Origin: Euryarchaeota archaeon TMED192
GTDB lineage: Archaea > Thermoplasmatota > Poseidoniia > Poseidoniales > Thalassarchaeaceae
Assembly (NCBI GenBank): GCA_002170775.2
Contig: NHIP02000014.1
Location: forward strand, 44,462 to 108,461
Length of the DNA: 64,000 nucleotides
Direction of reading: 5' to 3'
Shown: piece by piece, positions 33,135-43,600 of the stretch
Layout of the letters: every line of letters begins with the position of its first letter
How positions within the stretch are numbered: the first letter of the stretch is position 1
Translations under genes and position numbers: made by a program
Notes under the pieces: generated by a model
Databases searched by the model: none
The model's input: only the letters and a program-made list of their open reading frames with translations
Told to the model about the DNA's origin: nothing

Positions 33135-34166
33135 TCATGCCCTGAACCGAGCCATGATTTCTTCATGCTTCTCCCGATCCGGCCTCAGCATGTTCGGCGG
33201 AAGGTCGCACAGGGGGATGTCCACGAGACCCTGATCCTCGTCGGCCGTCGGCATCTCGGTGTTATGGTGGAGAAGGCCCGTAACGTGCTTCTTGTCGATC
33301 TCAGCGTTGTGGAGGGCTGCGATTGCCGCAGTCGGGTTGGTGTGGTCGTATTCCGAGGATAGCGTCTCGAGTCGGAGGACGCTCCCGTCGAAGAGTTGAA
33401 CGTCCTCATACCCTCCCTCCGGGATATCCACCTCGTTGAGAGGTTGGAAGTGGTGGATGTAGTCGATACCGTGGAGTTCCTCGCCGTGGTCCTTCACATA
33501 TCCGTACGAGCTATACGATTCGTCGTTATTGGCGAAGGTCACGCAGGGGGAGATCACGTCTATTACAGCCATCCCTCTGTGACTCAGAGCAGCCTTCATC
33601 AGGGCCGTTAGCTGCTTCTTCGCACCGGAGAAGGACCGCGCGACGAATCCGCATCCGAGATTGATGGCGAGCTTGCACATATCGATCGGGGGCTGCTCGT
33701 TCGGCGCACCCTTCCGCTTCTTCGACCCCTTTTGGACAGTAGCGGAGTACTGTCCCTTGGTCAGCCCATAGACTCCATTGTTCTCTATGATGTACACCAT
33801 GTTCAGATTCCTCCTTATCGCATGGATGAACTGGCCGATGCCTATGCTGGCGGAGTCGCCGTCGCCCGATACCCCAAGATACACGAGATCCTTGTTGACC
33901 ATATTCGCACCGGTTGTGACCGAGGGCATACGACCATGGACGGTGTTGAAACCATGCGACTTCCCGAGGAAGTAGGCAGGGGTTTTGGAAGAGCAGCCTA
34001 TGCCGCTCATCTTCGCGATTCTGCTCGGGTCGATACCGTTCTCCCAGCAGGCCTGGATTATTACTCCTGAGATTTGATCGTGGCCGCAGCCAGGGCAGAG
34101 GGAGGAAGGACCACCAGTGTAGTCGCTTTTCGGAAGATCAATGACATTCAGTTTCACGGGTCTCAT
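33135..34166 (-). CDS. 2-oxoacid:ferredoxin oxidoreductase beta subunit (KorB-like)
   Basis: LCPGCGHD, SGIGCSSK, VHGR, TPP motif GDGD..ENNGVYGLTKGQYS, ISPCVTF. Confidence 0.95.
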   Translation of the reverse strand: MRPVKLNVIDLPKSDYTGGPSSLCPGCGHDQISGVIIQACWENGIDPSRIAKMSGIGCSSKTPAYFLGKSHGFNTVHGRMPSVTTGANMVNKDLVYLGVSGDGDSASIGIGQFIHAIRRNLNMVYIIENNGVYGLTKGQYSATVQKGSKKRKGAPNEQPPIDMCKLAINLGCGFVARSFSGAKKQLTALMKAALSHRGMAVIDVISPCVTFANNDESYSSYGYVKDHGEELHGIDYIHHFQPLNEVDIPEGGYEDVQLFDGSVLRLETLSSEYDHTNPTAAIAALHNAEIDKKHVTGLLHHNTEMPTADEDQGLVDIPLCDLPPNMLRPDREKHEEIMARFRA

Positions 34167-35950
34167 GGTTTCACCTCTCCAAGGGTCTCCAGAATCATAT
34201 CAGCATATATCCTTGCACGCGGAGGCATGCCATCTGAGTATGCAACGCTGGATATCCTTGAGACCAAATCGTTGGGAAGCTCCTTTCTCAAGACCCCGTA
34301 CAATTGCCCATCTCGATTAATCTCAAGCACAATGACCCTTTCATGCCTCTCGATGAAACCCGCAACATCCGGATGGATAGGCATGGCACGAATACGACAT
34401 TGACTCACCTTCAAACCGGTCTCCTCGATCATATCATCAATCTCTTGAATCGTATTCTCCATTGATCCCATGTAGATGATGCCCACATCCTGCTCTTCCT
34501 CTTCCCTCATTACTGGTGCTGGGAGATCCGCTCTGGAATTATCGATCTTCCTCTTCAAGCGCATCATCAGCTTCCTGTAAACATCTGGCTCCTCGCTGTA
34601 GACTCCGTCTTCGTCATGACCTGTCCCTCGGTATAGAATCGGGTCCAGACCCGATCCCGGCAGAGTTCTGTACGGGACCCCGTCGCCGTCGACATCTCTG
34701 TAACGGCCGTAGTTTTCAATTGCGGAAACTTGCTCTGCTGTACGTAGGACCTTGCCACGATCGATCTCTTCTGACGGATACTCGAAACCGGTACATACCC
34801 AATTGTTCATCCCGAGGTCAAGGTCTGAGAAACCGAACACTAGTGTCTGATAACGCTCGGCATACTCGAAAGCCCTCCAACCGTATTCGAAGCATTCTTC
34901 CACGGTTCCAGGTATGAGGACGATATGCTCGGTATCTCCGTGACTTGCTTCTCTCAAGAGATTGAGATCGCCCTGCTGGGTGCGTGTCGGGAGCCCCGTG
35001 GAGGGCCCGACCCTGTTCACGTCCCAAATGACTCCGGGGACCTCTGCGAAATATGCCAAGCCGATGAATTCAGACATCAGAGAGATACCCGGTCCGGAGG
35101 TGCAGGTCATTCCCCTCCCCCCGGCCCATCCTGCTCCAAGAACCATGCCTGCAGCTGCAAGCTCGTCCTCAGCCTGAACTACGGCACAGGTGGCCTCTCC
35201 GTCGCTTGTATCCCTTAATTCGGGCAACCATTGAATGATTCCCTCCGCCACCGAAGATGACGGTGTGATGGGGTACCAAGATAGCATGTTTACGCCGCCA
35301 TAAATGGATCCGAGTGCTACGGCCTCATTGCCATCCACAAGGAAGGCATTCTCGTCTTTCTCCCGCGCCTCCACGACATGGGGGCTCTCCCATTCAATCT
35401 CTTCAGCAGCTTTGGCACGTCCTTCTTCTATGGCTCTGAGATTTACTTCAACTGCTGATGACTTGCCCTTGAACTGCCTGTTCACAGCACGCTCCAGAGC
35501 ACCCTGGTCAATGCCGATTAGGTGTTGAATCACGCCGACATAGTACATATTGGCAATCATCTTGGCCATTTTGGGATTAATGCTGCGTGCGAGTTTAGTC
35601 ATTGGGAGGCCAAATGTTAGGCAGTCTTCTCTTTCAACAGGCATTTTCACGTTTTCGTTGTAAATTATGACTGTGCCAGACTCAATCTTCTCTATATCCT
35701 TGAACCAGGTATCAGGATTCATCAAGATCTGGATATTGGTCCTATCTCCCGGTGCCTGATACCCGTTGTCGGAGGCACGAATGATGAACCATGTCGGGAG
35801 GCCCGAGATATTGCTAGGGAAGAGATTCTTCCCGCTCACTGGAACGCCCATCTCGAATAATGCATTAAGCAGTATCAAATTAGATGATTGGGAACCTGTC
35901 CCATTGGCCGTTGCGACGTTGATTACGAAGTCGTTCACTGTAGCGCCCAT
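34163..35950 (-). CDS. 2-oxoacid:ferredoxin oxidoreductase alpha subunit (gamma-alpha fused, KorA-like)
   Basis: NGTGSQS, FPSNISGLPT, GNEA, WYPITPSS, QAEDELAA, TSGPGISLM, RVGPSTGLPTRTQQGD; ATGA overlap with beta. Confidence 0.95.
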   Translation of the reverse strand: MGATVNDFVINVATANGTGSQSSNLILLNALFEMGVPVSGKNLFPSNISGLPTWFIIRASDNGYQAPGDRTNIQILMNPDTWFKDIEKIESGTVIIYNENVKMPVEREDCLTFGLPMTKLARSINPKMAKMIANMYYVGVIQHLIGIDQGALERAVNRQFKGKSSAVEVNLRAIEEGRAKAAEEIEWESPHVVEAREKDENAFLVDGNEAVALGSIYGGVNMLSWYPITPSSSVAEGIIQWLPELRDTSDGEATCAVVQAEDELAAAGMVLGAGWAGGRGMTCTSGPGISLMSEFIGLAYFAEVPGVIWDVNRVGPSTGLPTRTQQGDLNLLREASHGDTEHIVLIPGTVEECFEYGWRAFEYAERYQTLVFGFSDLDLGMNNWVCTGFEYPSEEIDRGKVLRTAEQVSAIENYGRYRDVDGDGVPYRTLPGSGLDPILYRGTGHDEDGVYSEEPDVYRKLMMRLKRKIDNSRADLPAPVMREEEEQDVGIIYMGSMENTIQEIDDMIEETGLKVSQCRIRAMPIHPDVAGFIERHERVIVLEINRDGQLYGVLRKELPNDLVSRISSVAYSDGMPPRARIYADMILETLGEVKP

Positions 35951-36136
35951 GTCCGGAATACACACCTTTGCAATCGCACGCACAGCATACGAGCGGCCCT
36001 CGCTGAGGAGTGACGAACTTAGACATTCGCGTCCCATCAGTCAAACTTTCAAACTCCATGCGACCCTCAAATGTATGCAAAACCCATTCATCGATTGACC
36101 CGTCAAGTTTTCAGTAAACACCTCCTCCCTAGGCCC

Positions 36137-37192
36137 ATGCCAGCCCGCTCTAAGGTCAAGGACGCCGCGAGTAAAGCGAATACAGCATCAGAAGCCGGAG
36201 ACTATGATCTAGCTCTGAACCTGTTGAGAGATGCTTGGGATGACGATCTAAAAAAAGGAGATCAGGTTTTGCTTATCAGAACAGCGGGTATAGTCCACAT
36301 GTCCAGGGGTCAGGCGGATGAGTCCATACGACGCCAAGCATGGAAAGATGCCAGGAAGAATCTCGAAAGAGCACAGAAGCTCGATTCAGGAAATAAAGAG
36401 ACAAGAAGGCAATTGAATAACTTGATGTCGATGATGGACGAGTCAGGAATACACGTCGGCCGTGGATTTTCCATGTTCGCCAATGGCGAACCGACCCCAT
36501 TTGGACTCCTGACGATGTTCGCCTCCGGAATAATCCTCCTGGCGATATTCGGACAAGGCAGGGAAATCATCGGCAACTTTGGTGAAGGGGACTCGAATAC
36601 AGCTGCCGAGGGTGATACCGTCATCATGACGGTGAGTTACTACCCTCACCAGGGGGCCGAAAAAGTCACTGAGGATATCGAGATTCAGCTTTATCCCGAT
36701 GATGCCCCTGATCACGTTGGCAGTTTCATAGAACATGTTGAGAATGGGATGTATGATGGCACCTCATTTCACAGGGTGATTGATAATTTCATGATTCAAG
36801 GTGGCGATTTCCAAAATTCTGATGGAACTGGAGGGTATGCCTCCGGATTCTACGGGTACTGTAACGGGCAGCCGGCGACCTCCTCCCAAGACTGCTCCCC
36901 TACCAGCTATACTCTCCCTGATGAGGCGGACAACGGGCTCATGCACGAGTCATGCACAATATCGATGGCCAAGACCTCGCAAGCGAATACGGGGGGAAGC
37001 CAATTCTTCCTTATTCCGGAGGATAGTGCGCCAGACTGGTTGGACGGCAAGCACACGGTTTTCGGCTCCATAGTATCTGGCTGTGATGTTGTCACCAGTA
37101 TAAGCGAGGTCCCAACCCACGATGGAAGTGGGAATGACCCTGCAGACCGCCCGGTCAATCCAGTTGTTTTGATCTCTGCAGTCTTACGATGA
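36137..37192 (+). CDS. Cyclophilin-type peptidyl-prolyl isomerase with N-terminal TPR-like region and TM helix
   Basis: YDGTSFHRVIDNFMIQGGD, ISMA, GGSQFF, WLDGKHTVFG; N-terminal helical repeat (ARKNLERAQKLDSGN) and one TM. Confidence 0.9.
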   Translation: MPARSKVKDAASKANTASEAGDYDLALNLLRDAWDDDLKKGDQVLLIRTAGIVHMSRGQADESIRRQAWKDARKNLERAQKLDSGNKETRRQLNNLMSMMDESGIHVGRGFSMFANGEPTPFGLLTMFASGIILLAIFGQGREIIGNFGEGDSNTAAEGDTVIMTVSYYPHQGAEKVTEDIEIQLYPDDAPDHVGSFIEHVENGMYDGTSFHRVIDNFMIQGGDFQNSDGTGGYASGFYGYCNGQPATSSQDCSPTSYTLPDEADNGLMHESCTISMAKTSQANTGGSQFFLIPEDSAPDWLDGKHTVFGSIVSGCDVVTSISEVPTHDGSGNDPADRPVNPVVLISAVLR

Positions 37193-37244
37193 ATACGGGT
37201 GTGAGTCGGCATCTTCAATTGCTTTAGTCATAGGGCCCTCTTCG

Positions 37245-39929
37245 ATGGTCCACGGGATACCGTTCGATGCTCTTAGGTCATTCCAGACCTCAGATGGCTC
37301 TGAAGGAAGGTTTGTTTCGATAGAATCGCTAGAGGAGAATGGCGCTTGTAGAATCCAAGATATGCCCTACACAATACGAATCTTACTGGAGGCAGCACTC
37401 AGAAGATGCGATGGCCATCTGATAACCGAAGATGACGTATTGAGGATCGCTTCATGGAAGCCTGGTGGGCATAGAGCCGAGATCCCCTACCGCCCAAGCC
37501 GTGTCCTTCTGCAGGACTTCACAGGCGTCCCCGCTGTTGTCGACATAGCCGCCATGAGGGACGCAATCGTTGAGATGGGTGGAGACCCTTCCAAAGTAAA
37601 CCCACAAGTTCCAGTTGATCTTGTCATAGATCACAGCATCCAAGTCGATGCCTCGGGATTAATACCCGATGCACTTGAACTCAATCTTGAGTTTGAATAT
37701 CGTAGAAACATGGAGCGCTACTCTTTCTTGAAGTGGGGTCAGTCATCATTTGACAACTTCAGAGCAGTACCCCCTGGGCGTGGCATCGTACACCAAGTAA
37801 ATCTTGAATGGATTGCAACCGTCGCTCGGGAGGAAGAAGGCCTATGGTTGCCAGATTCGCTAGTCGGTACCGACAGCCATACCACGATGATAAACGGGCT
37901 CGGAGTACTTGGATGGGGCGTCGGCGGAATAGAGGCAGAGGCGGTCATGCTCGGGCAGCCGATCTACATGCTTCTGCCAGAAGTGGTTGGCATGGAGCTG
38001 ACCGGTTCCCTAAGTCCGGGGGTAACTGCCACAGACATGGCCCTGCGGATTGTAGAGATGCTGAGGGGGCACGGGGTAGTCGGGCGATTCGTAGAATTCT
38101 ATGGCGAGGGTCTTGATTCACTCAGTCTTCCGGACAGGGCTACAATTGCCAACATGGCCCCTGAGTACGGTGCAACATGCGGATTCTTCCCCGCTGATTC
38201 GACCACCATGAACTATCTGAAAAATTCGGGACGCGAACAATCAATGGTGGATGATATCGAGAACTATCTTCGAGCAAATCGCCTCTTCAGAACCGAATCG
38301 GACTCCCCGCCGCTATTTACTTCCACTCTGAAACTTGATCTTTCTTCCGTTGAATCTTCATTGGCAGGGCCAAAGAGGCCTCAAGATCGAGTTGCACTTT
38401 CGGGAATGAGAGAACACTGGAGAGAATCTCTCACAGCCCCTGTGGGCCACTCGGGACACGGTGTTGATCAGAGCGATGTAAGCGCAACCCAGAATCTTTC
38501 AGATAGAGACGGAGAGTTGAGCCATGGCTCAGTCGTCATAGCAGCCATTACCAGCTGCACGAACACCAGCAATCCCTCGGTGATGGTCGCTGCTGGACTT
38601 CTTGCCAAAAATGCGGTAAACGCAGGACTATCCATCAAACCATGGGTAAAACCGAGCCTTGCCCCTGGCTCAAGAGTTGTTACAGAGTACCTCGAGGCTG
38701 CAAATCTTGACGGTGATCTAAGCATCTTGGGATTCAATACTGTTGGATATGGCTGTACAACATGCATAGGGAACTCAGGTCCATTGGATGATGATATTGA
38801 ATACGCCATAGATTCGGCCGATCTTGTAGTTGGTAGCGTGCTATCTGGAAATAGGAACTTCGAGGGACGCGTCCATGCCAAGGTGAAAGCAAACTATCTC
38901 GCAAGTCCCCCGCTGGTAGTTGCTTATGCCATAGCAGGACATCTTGATTTCGATTTCTCCACGGACCCAATGGGCCATGATTCAGAAGGAAATCCAATAA
39001 TGCTGGCCGACTTATGGCCATCAGATACCGAGATAAGCGCCGTAGTCTCGGAGTCAATAACTCCCGAGATGTACAGGGACAGATATGCGGATGTACTTAG
39101 TGAGCCCAAGTGGGAGTCTATACCAGCGACGACATCACAGCTTTACAATTGGGATCCGGATTCGACCTATGTAAGGCGCCCAACATTCCTAAGCGGCATC
39201 CCAAGAAATATCGAACCGATAGACCCCATTTTAGGGGCAAGAGCATTATTGATGCTTGATGACAGCGTTACAACGGACCATATCAGTCCCGCTGGAGCAT
39301 TCGCATCGTCTTCTTCAGCCGGCTTGTATTTGACGGACAGGGGCGTATCCCCTCGAGACTTCAACTCCTATGGCAGCAGGAGAGGCAACCATGAGGTGAT
39401 GATGAGAGGCACATTCGCGAATGTGCGTATCCGAAACATGCTAGCACCAGAAACAACGGGCGGATTCACCACGCATATGACTTCAGGAGATGTTGTATCT
39501 ATATTTGAGGCAAGCAGGAGATATCGGGATGAGGGCACTCCACTTATCGTAATTGCAGGCAGCCAATACGGTACAGGCAGCAGCAGGGATTGGGCCGCTA
39601 AGGGCCCTTTACTGCTTGGAGTCAGGGCTGTAATCGCAACCTCATTTGAACGGATTCACCGTTCAAACCTGGTGGGAATGGGCATCCTGCCCTTGACATT
39701 CGCAGAGGGGGATGATGCCTATTCCCTGGGCCTCGACGGCACTGAGTCATTTGACATACCCGCGGATATAGCCCTCGAGCCAGGTCAGAATATCCCTATT
39801 ATGGCTAGAAAAGAAGGCGGGTCAACAATACGGTTTGAGGCAGTAGTCAGGCTTGACACCCCTGTCGAGGTGGAGTATTACCGCAACGGGGGTATTCTTC
39901 AGACCGTTCTGAGGGGGCTTGCTGATTGA
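37245..39929 (+). CDS. acnA: Aconitate hydratase A
   Basis: RVLLQDFTGVPAVVD, DHSIQVD, GIVHQVNLE, GTDSHT, AAITSCTNTSN, GYGCTTCIGNSG, TTDHISPAG, GSSRDWAAKG. Confidence 0.97.
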   Translation: MVHGIPFDALRSFQTSDGSEGRFVSIESLEENGACRIQDMPYTIRILLEAALRRCDGHLITEDDVLRIASWKPGGHRAEIPYRPSRVLLQDFTGVPAVVDIAAMRDAIVEMGGDPSKVNPQVPVDLVIDHSIQVDASGLIPDALELNLEFEYRRNMERYSFLKWGQSSFDNFRAVPPGRGIVHQVNLEWIATVAREEEGLWLPDSLVGTDSHTTMINGLGVLGWGVGGIEAEAVMLGQPIYMLLPEVVGMELTGSLSPGVTATDMALRIVEMLRGHGVVGRFVEFYGEGLDSLSLPDRATIANMAPEYGATCGFFPADSTTMNYLKNSGREQSMVDDIENYLRANRLFRTESDSPPLFTSTLKLDLSSVESSLAGPKRPQDRVALSGMREHWRESLTAPVGHSGHGVDQSDVSATQNLSDRDGELSHGSVVIAAITSCTNTSNPSVMVAAGLLAKNAVNAGLSIKPWVKPSLAPGSRVVTEYLEAANLDGDLSILGFNTVGYGCTTCIGNSGPLDDDIEYAIDSADLVVGSVLSGNRNFEGRVHAKVKANYLASPPLVVAYAIAGHLDFDFSTDPMGHDSEGNPIMLADLWPSDTEISAVVSESITPEMYRDRYADVLSEPKWESIPATTSQLYNWDPDSTYVRRPTFLSGIPRNIEPIDPILGARALLMLDDSVTTDHISPAGAFASSSSAGLYLTDRGVSPRDFNSYGSRRGNHEVMMRGTFANVRIRNMLAPETTGGFTTHMTSGDVVSIFEASRRYRDEGTPLIVIAGSQYGTGSSRDWAAKGPLLLGVRAVIATSFERIHRSNLVGMGILPLTFAEGDDAYSLGLDGTESFDIPADIALEPGQNIPIMARKEGGSTIRFEAVVRLDTPVEVEYYRNGGILQTVLRGLAD

Positions 39930-39942
39930 GGGGTGTTGTTGA

Positions 39943-40551
39943 ATGGTGAAAATGAGATTTTCTTTCAGACATGAGCCGAATGACATAGTCGCCGTTATCG
40001 AAGGACCTGAAGCTTGGGTGAAACATTTCGCCGAGCAGATAGGCCTTGATGGGGATTGCGGCTGGACGATGAAGATGAGCCAACAAGGTCAGGAATCTAA
40101 CGATGAGAAGACCTCTGAAGGACCATCATTGCTCCCCGGGCCAACTCCTGATCCATCCAAGATCCCTGCAGTAATACGAGAAATAGGCTCATTCGATCCT
40201 TCCAAGAATTTAGAATCGAATAAGCCACCACCCTTGGACGAGGAGGAGCTTCGTTCATTCATATCAGAGATGCCCGAGCCAGAAATCCCTCCCGATTCAA
40301 TATCTAACGACCCTCTCACGGAAGAATGGCTTAGATTGGTACTTGCCATCGTAGTCACGGAGCACGGAATTTCATCTATGCTGCCCGAGACTATAGCCAG
40401 CATTCTTTCAGAAAGAACAAGTCTCGACGACATTGCAGTAACAATCGCACTCAAGCGTTTGTGGGTTGCAGGGAAAGTAGATAAAATTCTTACAGAACAG
40501 GGCGAGGAGTACTCTCCTTCGCCATCTTGGATACAAGTCTACAGGGAATGA
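39943..40551 (+). CDS. Hypothetical protein, possible C-terminal winged helix
   Basis: Fills the gap after acnA; Pro-rich linker, then ETIASIL..VTIALKRLWVAGKVDK..EEYSP. Confidence 0.65.
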   Translation: MVKMRFSFRHEPNDIVAVIEGPEAWVKHFAEQIGLDGDCGWTMKMSQQGQESNDEKTSEGPSLLPGPTPDPSKIPAVIREIGSFDPSKNLESNKPPPLDEEELRSFISEMPEPEIPPDSISNDPLTEEWLRLVLAIVVTEHGISSMLPETIASILSERTSLDDIAVTIALKRLWVAGKVDKILTEQGEEYSPSPSWIQVYRE

Positions 40552-40616
40552 ATCCGACAATTTTCGATGCCCAACTTGCGGCAAACAATAAGAGAGCCCT
40601 GTATCTCCGCGCTGCT

Positions 40617-43600
40617 ATGCGCAGCGGAGCCAACGGGAAAAGAACTCAAAACAGGAGGGCTAAGGCAATCACTCTTGTAGTGATGATGGTCTCAATGACC
40701 CTCATTTCTTTCGTCCCAGCTGCAAGCGCTTCGCAGATCACCCAATACGCCGTGCAGAGAGACCCCCATTTCGTAGCAACAGGTGATCTCGACTGTGACG
40801 GAGATGACGATATCGCCGCATCGAGCAGCATGGGTTTCTACCTCACATCGATGTTCAATGACGGGGCAGGAGGCTTCCCTGACAGACAAGACATATTCAT
40901 CGCAGGAGGCGTAGGAGACTCCCAGCGACAGAGCATCTTTCAGACTGCAAACAGTCAACAGATAGAGATAGCCGATATAGATGGCGATCAGATGCCGGAT
41001 ATCGTCTACTTCCAAGAGAACGTAAGATTTGTCGGAGAGACATTCGTTCGTCCAGCGAACCTCACTGTGCTGTGGGGCGAGTGCAACATGAATACCCATC
41101 AATGGAGCCGGGATATCATCGAGATCGCATCTCATCCATTCAGCCAAGGCATGGATGTAGGGGACATTGATGATGATGGCGATGACGACATCGTACTTGC
41201 AACAATGACGCCCGATGGTGGACAGACCTACCTCGAGGTCTTTAAAGGCCCAGATCCAGGGCCTCAGGCAGACCAGACAATATTGGTGCCAGCCCCCACG
41301 TATGGGCATTATAGCTACATAGAACTCGGCCATTGGGGCGAAGATTTAGCCGAGGATCCATTTACCGGAGCCACCCTTCCCGGCGAGTGCGAGGACCTAG
41401 ATCTCTGGGTCCTCCGAACCCCCAGGTTCAACCCTGGCGCAGGTTACTCAGTTGGTAACTACGATAACATGACTGTAATCGAGTTCGATTGTGTAACTGG
41501 GCTTTATGCCGATCCTAATGTCGGAGGATCTGCAGCAGCATCAGTCCACGATTTCACACTCGACGCAGAACACGGATATGAACTTCAGATCGACGTAGAA
41601 GATACCGATGGAGATGGAATAATCGACATGGTAGCCGCAGTAGACGGGATAGAGGGCAGGGTAAGTTACGCTACTAGGAGCGGCGTAAACTCGAATTGGG
41701 ACACTCGAAATTACATCAATCTTGGAAATTACAAAGGTGCATCTATCACAATCTCGGACGTGAACGGGGATGGTAATATGGACTTCTTCGTACCAACTGA
41801 ATTGACATTAACCAGACTGCAAGACTCGTCATCCAAGAACCAGACTTACACTACAGTCGAGAACCTGAGGGAACTCAACAGTGTAGAGATCATTCTCTCA
41901 GATACTCAGGGCACGGGTTACCTGTCACCCATATCCTTTGATGTTGGAAGAAGGCCTACCGTAGCAGTACCCGCTCAACTCAAGGGGGACGACTCAACAG
42001 CACAGGAGATAATCATCGGTCAGCGCGACTATTCCTATCGCTTCTCAAGTGGGGCTATGTGGATGGATAGCTTGGGATGGCCAGGCGCGGGAGACTTCCT
42101 GTCCGTACTGACATTGGACAATCAAGACGTTGCGATCGATGGCTTGACAATCGCACCAGCTTCTACCGATCCAGCGACTGGTTCAGCACAGTTAGGTGAG
42201 GGAACAAGATTTGTGAATGTCACTCTGATGAATACCGGACTCAATCCCGTAAGCGGGTCTGTCAACCTAGACCTCGCAGTGAAGGAGGTCACGGGTGGTG
42301 CTGATACGGTAGTTTACTCAAATGATTTCGACGGCACCGTCGAGTCTTCCAACTGCTCCTCATGTACATGGGTTGGAGCATCATACACGTCAGACTTCTC
42401 TCCGGGGACGTCGTGGCATGAGGAGAGAAACTCAACCGCATTAACAGAGAATGTTTCGACTTACGAGGCAGATCACAACCCAACTAACTACATGTGGGCG
42501 GGGCTAGACTACAATGGAACTGATGAGAACAACTCCGGATACCTCAACAACATGGATGAGGCTTTCATATTGCAAAATGTAGATCTCACGGGAGCCGATG
42601 CCGCTTTCTTGGAAGCATCAATTCTTTGCAGTGTTGCATATACCAACTTGTTCCTCTCGGAACCGTATGTGGTCCAAGAACGCTGGTTGTACGAGGACTC
42701 ATGCGGGATAGAAGCCTTCTCAGAAGGAAGGGGATGGGAACGCGTATGGTTCCAAGGAGGATACGACCAAGATCGATACTTCAACCTCCTAGCATTGAAT
42801 CAGGACCCTGAATATGAGATCAAGAACTTTGCAATTTATCCATATTACATCACGGAGTGGACCAACTACTCGGAGGGAGGCTCCGAGGATAATTTAACCA
42901 ACACGGTGGAATCAATCGATCTTACGCCTTACGCCGGAGAAGTCATCGATCTCAGATTCCGCTTCAGGAGCGGGTTGTTAGGCTCTGTAGGCACTGTCGA
43001 CACATCCTATGATACAGGATTCGACGGTTTCGCATTCGACAATATAACCGTCATAAAGCGAAATACTGCGTTTGGATTAGAGCAGTCTACCTCGCAACAA
43101 GTTAACTTCCAGCCACTTGCTGCAGGTGAGAAAAGGGAAATTTCTCTTTCTGCAGATTTTATCGATAACAAGACCTACTACATCAGCACCACACTGTCCA
43201 ACTTCAATGGATTCGTCGATCAGGACCCCATTAATGATGGATTGAAGTTCCAGACTACCGTAAGGAATCTATACGATCCGGGCCTCACTGCCGACCCATT
43301 CGTCGATTTCGAACCAGGCGTAAGGTACGCTTCTGCAGAATATCCGATTGATGTCAGAGTTCAGAACTTCGGGAATACGATAGTGAATTGGACCACAGAA
43401 GCCGAGATATTCAATGCGTTACCAGATCTTACCGCTATCGAGGATTTCTCGGGTATAAACCCCATATGGACAGATGATAATGATCAGGAAGGCAAGGAAA
43501 ATGGCAGTAGGCTAGATGACTCCACAACATCAAATCAGGCACTCCCACAAAATCAGGGTGTGTTCAAGAATTTCGCATATTGGCTCGGAGACCCGGATAT

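Noticed and set aside
32980..33135. tRNA genes as integration sites for an island or provirus
   Set aside because: No integrase and no duplicated tRNA 3' end noticed; flanking genes are housekeeping for all three tRNAs.
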